Assembly (NCBI GenBank): GCA_002811645.1
Contig: PDIP01000063.1
Coordinates: 4,328-51,157 of the forward strand
Direction: 5' to 3'
Source: Corallochytrium limacisporum Hawaii
Taxonomy: Eukaryota; Protista; Pluriformea
Length of the DNA stretch: 46,830 bases
In this document: positions 42,634-46,830 of the stretch, piece after piece
Numbering within the stretch: the stretch's first letter is position 1
Layout: each line of letters opens with the position of its first letter
Notes under the pieces: model-generated
What the model was told of the DNA's origin: nothing
The model's database searches: none
Seen by the model: the letters and a program-made list of their open reading frames with translations, nothing else
Translations under genes and position numbers: made by a program

Positions 42634-44175
42634 TCATGGCTCCGATGCCGCATCCCGACTCTCGTACATGAAGCGCAAGATCGCAGGCACGTCGTTCATC
42701 TTCTCGCGACTCTTGCCCATCTGTTGACCCACTTCAATCTCGTATTTGTCGAGGCGACTCCAATCCTCAAAGCTGACGGCCTTGTCCATATTGTGCAACG
42801 GAGGGGGCACCTCTTCGTCCACTTCCTTCAATTTTCCCGCGTCGAGATCATCGAGAATGGCACTCGCGGTCTCGAAGGCGTCGTTCATGGTCGAGAGGAT
42901 CACCCCCTGCGGTCCACGTTTGGCCCATCCGGTCACGTAAACATTGTGGAAGCCCTGGTCCTTATTTCCGTAACTAACTCGACCGTGCTCGTTGGGCACA
43001 ATCGCAGCCTTCTCATCGAACGGCAGTCCTTCCAGCTTATGACTTCGATAGCCAATTGATCGGATCACCAGACCACATGGGATCTCCTCAATGCCATCGG
43101 TGGCCTTGGCTTTGACTTTTTTCGTGACCGGATCCGCAACGAGTTCGTTCACCGACATTCGCACACCCCGAACTTGGCCGGTTGTCTCGTCGCCGATAAT
43201 TTCGAGCGGTGATCGCAGAAAGCGGAATTCGCAGACCTTGGACCTGGGACTTAGGTCATTGAGGTAGCCTTCCGCGGTCGCATGATCAGCAGTGTGCTTG
43301 AGTAGCAGCTCGGTCAAACGCTTGCGGGGCCGCGGTAGAGCCTTCAGTTCCTCGGGCGTTACCTGGTCCCTGACATCCTCTGCACGAATAATGGTCTTGC
43401 AATCCGGCAGGTTGATTTGTTCACGAACTTCCTTAATAGTCGCAGCAATCTCCATGGGCCCTCGGCGGCCAACGATAAGAACGCGTTGAATGCTTGAGGA
43501 TGCAAGCTGCTCAAAGGCGGCGCTGGAAATGTCTGTGTCGCGGAGCAGATCTTGCGGCGACGACAGGATGCGTGCAACGTCCAGGGCAACATTTCCTTGA
43601 CCAAATATGACGGCTGTGTTACTCTCCGGCCCATCCGATCCCGACGGCTTAACCAGATCCAGATTAATCTCCAGGTGGCGGTTGTCGGGATGGCCATTGT
43701 ACCACCCCACAAAGTCCTTGGCACCGATGACGTTCTTAAGGTGCTCACCAGGGACATTTAGGTGGCGGTCACCAGCTGCACCGTGCGCAAATACTACACC
43801 AGAGTAGAACTGCGTCAATTCATCCACGGTCACGTCATCACCGACAGCTATATTGCCGTAAAAGTGAATCTTTCCCGTTTCCATCGCCGTTTCAAAGGTG
43901 TGGATGCAATTCTTGACCTCCGGGTGGTCTGGAGCCACACCAAAGCGAACGAGTCCGTACGGCAGGGGAAGGCGCTCCAGGATGTCCACTTCGAGGTCGT
44001 CACGGCCTGCCTTCATGAGCCTGTGTGCGGTGTAGAAGCCAGCGGGGCCACTGCCAACGATGCAAATGCGATGCAGATCTCTGTGCTGCAGAAGATATCC
44101 TCCGCCGGGAGACACTTGTCGCCTTACAAACCGAGCTCCCAAGCCCAGTGACCGCATTCCGTGCATGCCTATCAT
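42634..44175 (-). CDS. FDXR: NADPH:adrenodoxin (ferredoxin) oxidoreductase, mitochondrial
   Basis: IVGSGPAGFY, PYGLVRFGVAPDHPEVKN, GQGNVALDVAR, GWAKRGPQGVI; presequence present. Confidence 0.96.
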   Translation of the reverse strand: MIGMHGMRSLGLGARFVRRQVSPGGGYLLQHRDLHRICIVGSGPAGFYTAHRLMKAGRDDLEVDILERLPLPYGLVRFGVAPDHPEVKNCIHTFETAMETGKIHFYGNIAVGDDVTVDELTQFYSGVVFAHGAAGDRHLNVPGEHLKNVIGAKDFVGWYNGHPDNRHLEINLDLVKPSGSDGPESNTAVIFGQGNVALDVARILSSPQDLLRDTDISSAAFEQLASSSIQRVLIVGRRGPMEIAATIKEVREQINLPDCKTIIRAEDVRDQVTPEELKALPRPRKRLTELLLKHTADHATAEGYLNDLSPRSKVCEFRFLRSPLEIIGDETTGQVRGVRMSVNELVADPVTKKVKAKATDGIEEIPCGLVIRSIGYRSHKLEGLPFDEKAAIVPNEHGRVSYGNKDQGFHNVYVTGWAKRGPQGVILSTMNDAFETASAILDDLDAGKLKEVDEEVPPPLHNMDKAVSFEDWSRLDKYEIEVGQQMGKSREKMNDVPAILRFMYESRDAASEP

Positions 44176-44662
44176 GGTTTCGTTGATTTATTATCTACTA
44201 ATTGTGGTCCAGTCCTGTGTGATTGGCGATTGTCATGGCCTATCTGACTGTGTGCCTACGCGGTTCTACCTACGGTTTCCCCACAGCCCAGTTCTCACAC
44301 CATGACTCAGTCATACTCGACCTGTTCTGTTCTTTGTACCATTGAAAAACGGGCACAGTCATACTCTCTCAACCTCTACCATAGAACTTCTCAACGGCGT
44401 TCGACGCACCAACCCTTGGCATAGTGTGCTACACAGTTCCTCGCGAAGACCCGTCGCTCTAACGGTCTTGGAGAGCGGGGTGAGGGAGGCAGGGGAAGGC
44501 GGGCCGACCCCCATAAAGTGTGTTCACACAATACATCCGCACAGGAATCTTGATATTCCGTATATCATATTGAAGCTCTGATAATCACTGAATCAGTGGT
44601 CTGATTTCTTGAACCGTTTTCTCGCTCTCGCAGTCTCTCTCCCTCTCCGGCGTCCCGCCGGC

Positions 44663-44695
44663 GCTCTCGCTCTCGCTCTCTCTCTCTCTCTCTCT
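44663..44695. repeat. (GCTCTC)n/(CT)n microsatellite
   Basis: Read directly from the sequence. Confidence 0.9.
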
Positions 44696-44765
44696 TGCTC
44701 ACCGTCTTCAGTTTCTCTTTTGCTTTGGCTGTTAGCGCGCGGCCGGCTATGTGTCTCAGTCGTGG

Positions 44766-44767
<2 letters not shown>

Positions 44768-44827
<60 letters not shown>
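44768..44827. repeat. Perfect (GT)30 microsatellite
   Basis: Read directly from the sequence. Confidence 0.98.
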
Positions 44828-44828
<1 letters not shown>

Positions 44829-44999
44829 GCAGGCCGACGAGAAGAGAGGGTGTGAGGGAGCGAGCTGGGAAGAGCTGAGATGGAAACCAGGAGCCAGTAC
44901 CGAAAATGGTATGCAGGAGGACGGAGGGGCAGGGCCAATAGATCTGCTACATTTGAGTGACACTGGGGAAAAGGGCAGGGATTTGGAGCCTGGAACGGA

Positions 45000-45915
45000 G
45001 GCAGCCTTCAGCGGTAATTTCTTGTTTACCTTTACGGAAGGTCTAACCGAAGAAGCGGTGAGAGATCTAGCATCGTTCAGGGAAAAAAAAAAGCCGCCGC
45101 ATCAGCGAGAACCACTAGTGTTTGTTTTGTCCAAATCATCAGGGAGACAGAAACTCCACAACATTTGACGAAGATTGGGCTGGCTTCCCCGGCACCAGCA
45201 ATGTTCCTGCGGAGAGAACATGGCACCAAATGGGAGCATGGTACCAGGGACTCCTGCCTGCATCTGAGGCCATCTGCCTCCGGGATTCGGACATCCAAAA
45301 GGACACTGGATTTCCACAAAGATCTGTGGCAGGTGCAACGGTATGGCACACTCACCTGTGCAGGCTGGCTGGCAGGCTGCTGGCTGTGGTGCGGCCATCG
45401 TTTGAAATTTCGAATTCTTGAGGTCGTCAAATCCCCCAAATATGCAAGGCGGCCTTCTTCCTCACATGTCTCTTTCTGCAGCCACTCCTACCACGCAGAG
45501 ATTGCAAATTGGTAATTGGGCTCCGAAGTCTTGCATTCCAAAAGTAAGCGCGGCTAGGGATTGTGCCGGAGCGCGACTACGCTCGCACCTGCGTTGCTGC
45601 GATGGTGATGGGTACCTAATCGGAAGAAGAAGAAGATACAGGCCGATGGCCTCTAGTGATGGAGATTCGTGGGGAGAGACTTGTCGACGGACGTGCCATA
45701 GGAAACCCACACACAGGGTCCTTCCCCGCGTCAAGCGGTTTCGATGGTCTATTAATTGACTATATGACATGCATCTCGCCCTCATGGATGTCATTCGGCG
45801 TCGGCAATCGATAGACTAGGAAGATCACCATGTTTCCTATCCGCTCGCATCCATTGATTTGAGGCTACTACGAGCAGGTATAGGTTTGTTCCACTGTTAT
45901 CATTCAATTTTTTGG
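45000..45915 (+). ncRNA. Candidate large structured RNA ending in an Sm-site consensus
   Basis: No credible ORF; a tightly packed multibranch helix array; AATTTTTTGG at 45906-45915 (see findings). The 5' boundary is uncertain. Confidence 0.35.
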
Positions 45916-46830
45916 TGACCGGTGACGAAGTGAAACATCATTGATACCTTGATAATGAGTTGAGCTGGACACACCCCGAGGCAACCGGGAACAAAAACAA
46001 AAACAAAAAACAAATAATCAGAAAGGCAGTGTGGTATATAAAAGTCATGGCAAAAAAAAATAAAGGAAACCCGAACGGACACAACAAAAAAAAGAAAGTT
46101 TCGCGATGGCAAATTTCGCACTCGGCTCTGACGTCTCCACACACACTCCTCGGTCCGCTTGAATTTTCACACACAATCAAGCATACAACATCCCAGGGGG
46201 GATCTGTCGGAGTCCTAGCGCTAACGTTGCCCTTCTGAGTCTATGGACGAATTGGGACGTGGCAAGGCAAATCGAAATTAGCACTGCGGCGGCCGCATTC
46301 ATATTCCCAGTCTCAAAAATCACACAGAGGCAAACAAAATTCACGCAGACTAGCACAACTTCGTCGAACTGTGCGGTATATTTGGTCCTCTCTGTGACCT
46401 TTCTGAGATATATGCCTGCGTGGCAGAGCCAAGCGCTCAACATCGAACCACTGAGGCTGCGTTCTTAGGTCCTTGGTGGCAGACTGGCCGACCCAGTACA
46501 TCAAGGCCCCTGCACAACCAGGTGCTTACTCTGTTGACAAATTGCGGGCCAGTGGCGCCAGTGTCGGAGTATGGATTACAAGTCTGGACTATTCCTGGTA
46601 GCGATCGCTGGTTTTTTGTTCTCCTTTCCATCGCTGGTAGCGCTGCACAATAGTGTCAGTTGGCCCTCTCCACCGGCAAGGGGGGGTCCCGGGGTCGTGG
46701 TCCAATTGCAGTGGTGGTCGGTTGTATTAGTATAGGCTTGTGCTTTGGGGTTTTGGTCCTTTTGGTTGAACCAGGGGCAGGAAGTGGGTAACATAGTCAT
46801 CATCGCAGTGAGGGGGCGGGCCGCGGGGGG

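Noticed and set aside
2366-44175. Functional gene cluster (six probable mitochondrial proteins among 19 genes)
   Set aside because: The genes are interspersed with unrelated housekeeping genes; no operon-like or pathway coherence.
45035-45818. RNase P RNA (GGAAGGTCT resembles CR-I; ATAGACTA resembles CR-V)
   Set aside because: The CR-V consensus is poorly matched and the 3' strand pairs better locally with 45746-45753.
46177-46443. 88-aa hydrophobic ORF on the minus strand
   Set aside because: Non-ATG start, no homology clues and no coding-like codon pattern.
1-46830. CRISPR arrays, transposons, rRNA, viral or prophage genes
   Set aside because: No spaced direct-repeat arrays, transposase/RT/integrase ORFs, terminal repeats or rRNA signatures seen.

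Overview
Eukaryotic nuclear DNA from a compact, very intron-poor genome. It carries 19 recognisable protein-coding genes (about 1 per 2.5 kb); 18 read as single exons. The only clear intron is in RPL7A, with a GTAAGT donor and a TACTAAC branch point. Genes in order: GT14 glycosyltransferase, bL9m, fungal-type NTA1, SEC12, fibro-slime/PA14 secreted protein, Spindly/BICD-like dynein adaptor, C1orf131/DUF4602, DENN+C1 protein, M17 leucyl aminopeptidase, mitochondrial CysRS, RPL7A, SOWAH-like ankyrin protein, DUF3592-like membrane protein, REV7, uS5m, RTF1, bacterial-type BCAT, BRAP and FDXR. The mix of animal-type and fungal-type families plus intron loss suggests, by inference only, a unicellular opisthokont, probably a holozoan such as Corallochytrium. 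The most interesting unexplained signals are non-coding: (1) two ORF-free tracts of about 1 kb packed with nested helices (about 45000-45915, ending in an Sm-site consensus, and about 19330-20630), both candidate large structured RNAs of no family I recognise; (2) three GTAAGT donors in the RPL7A first intron, two directly preceded by ATG, suggesting autoregulatory splicing; (3) poly(G)/poly(C) tracts, palindromes and CA/GA microsatellites confined to upstream regions. All RNA structures were found by eye and need computational controls. One assembly gap (21415-21598).
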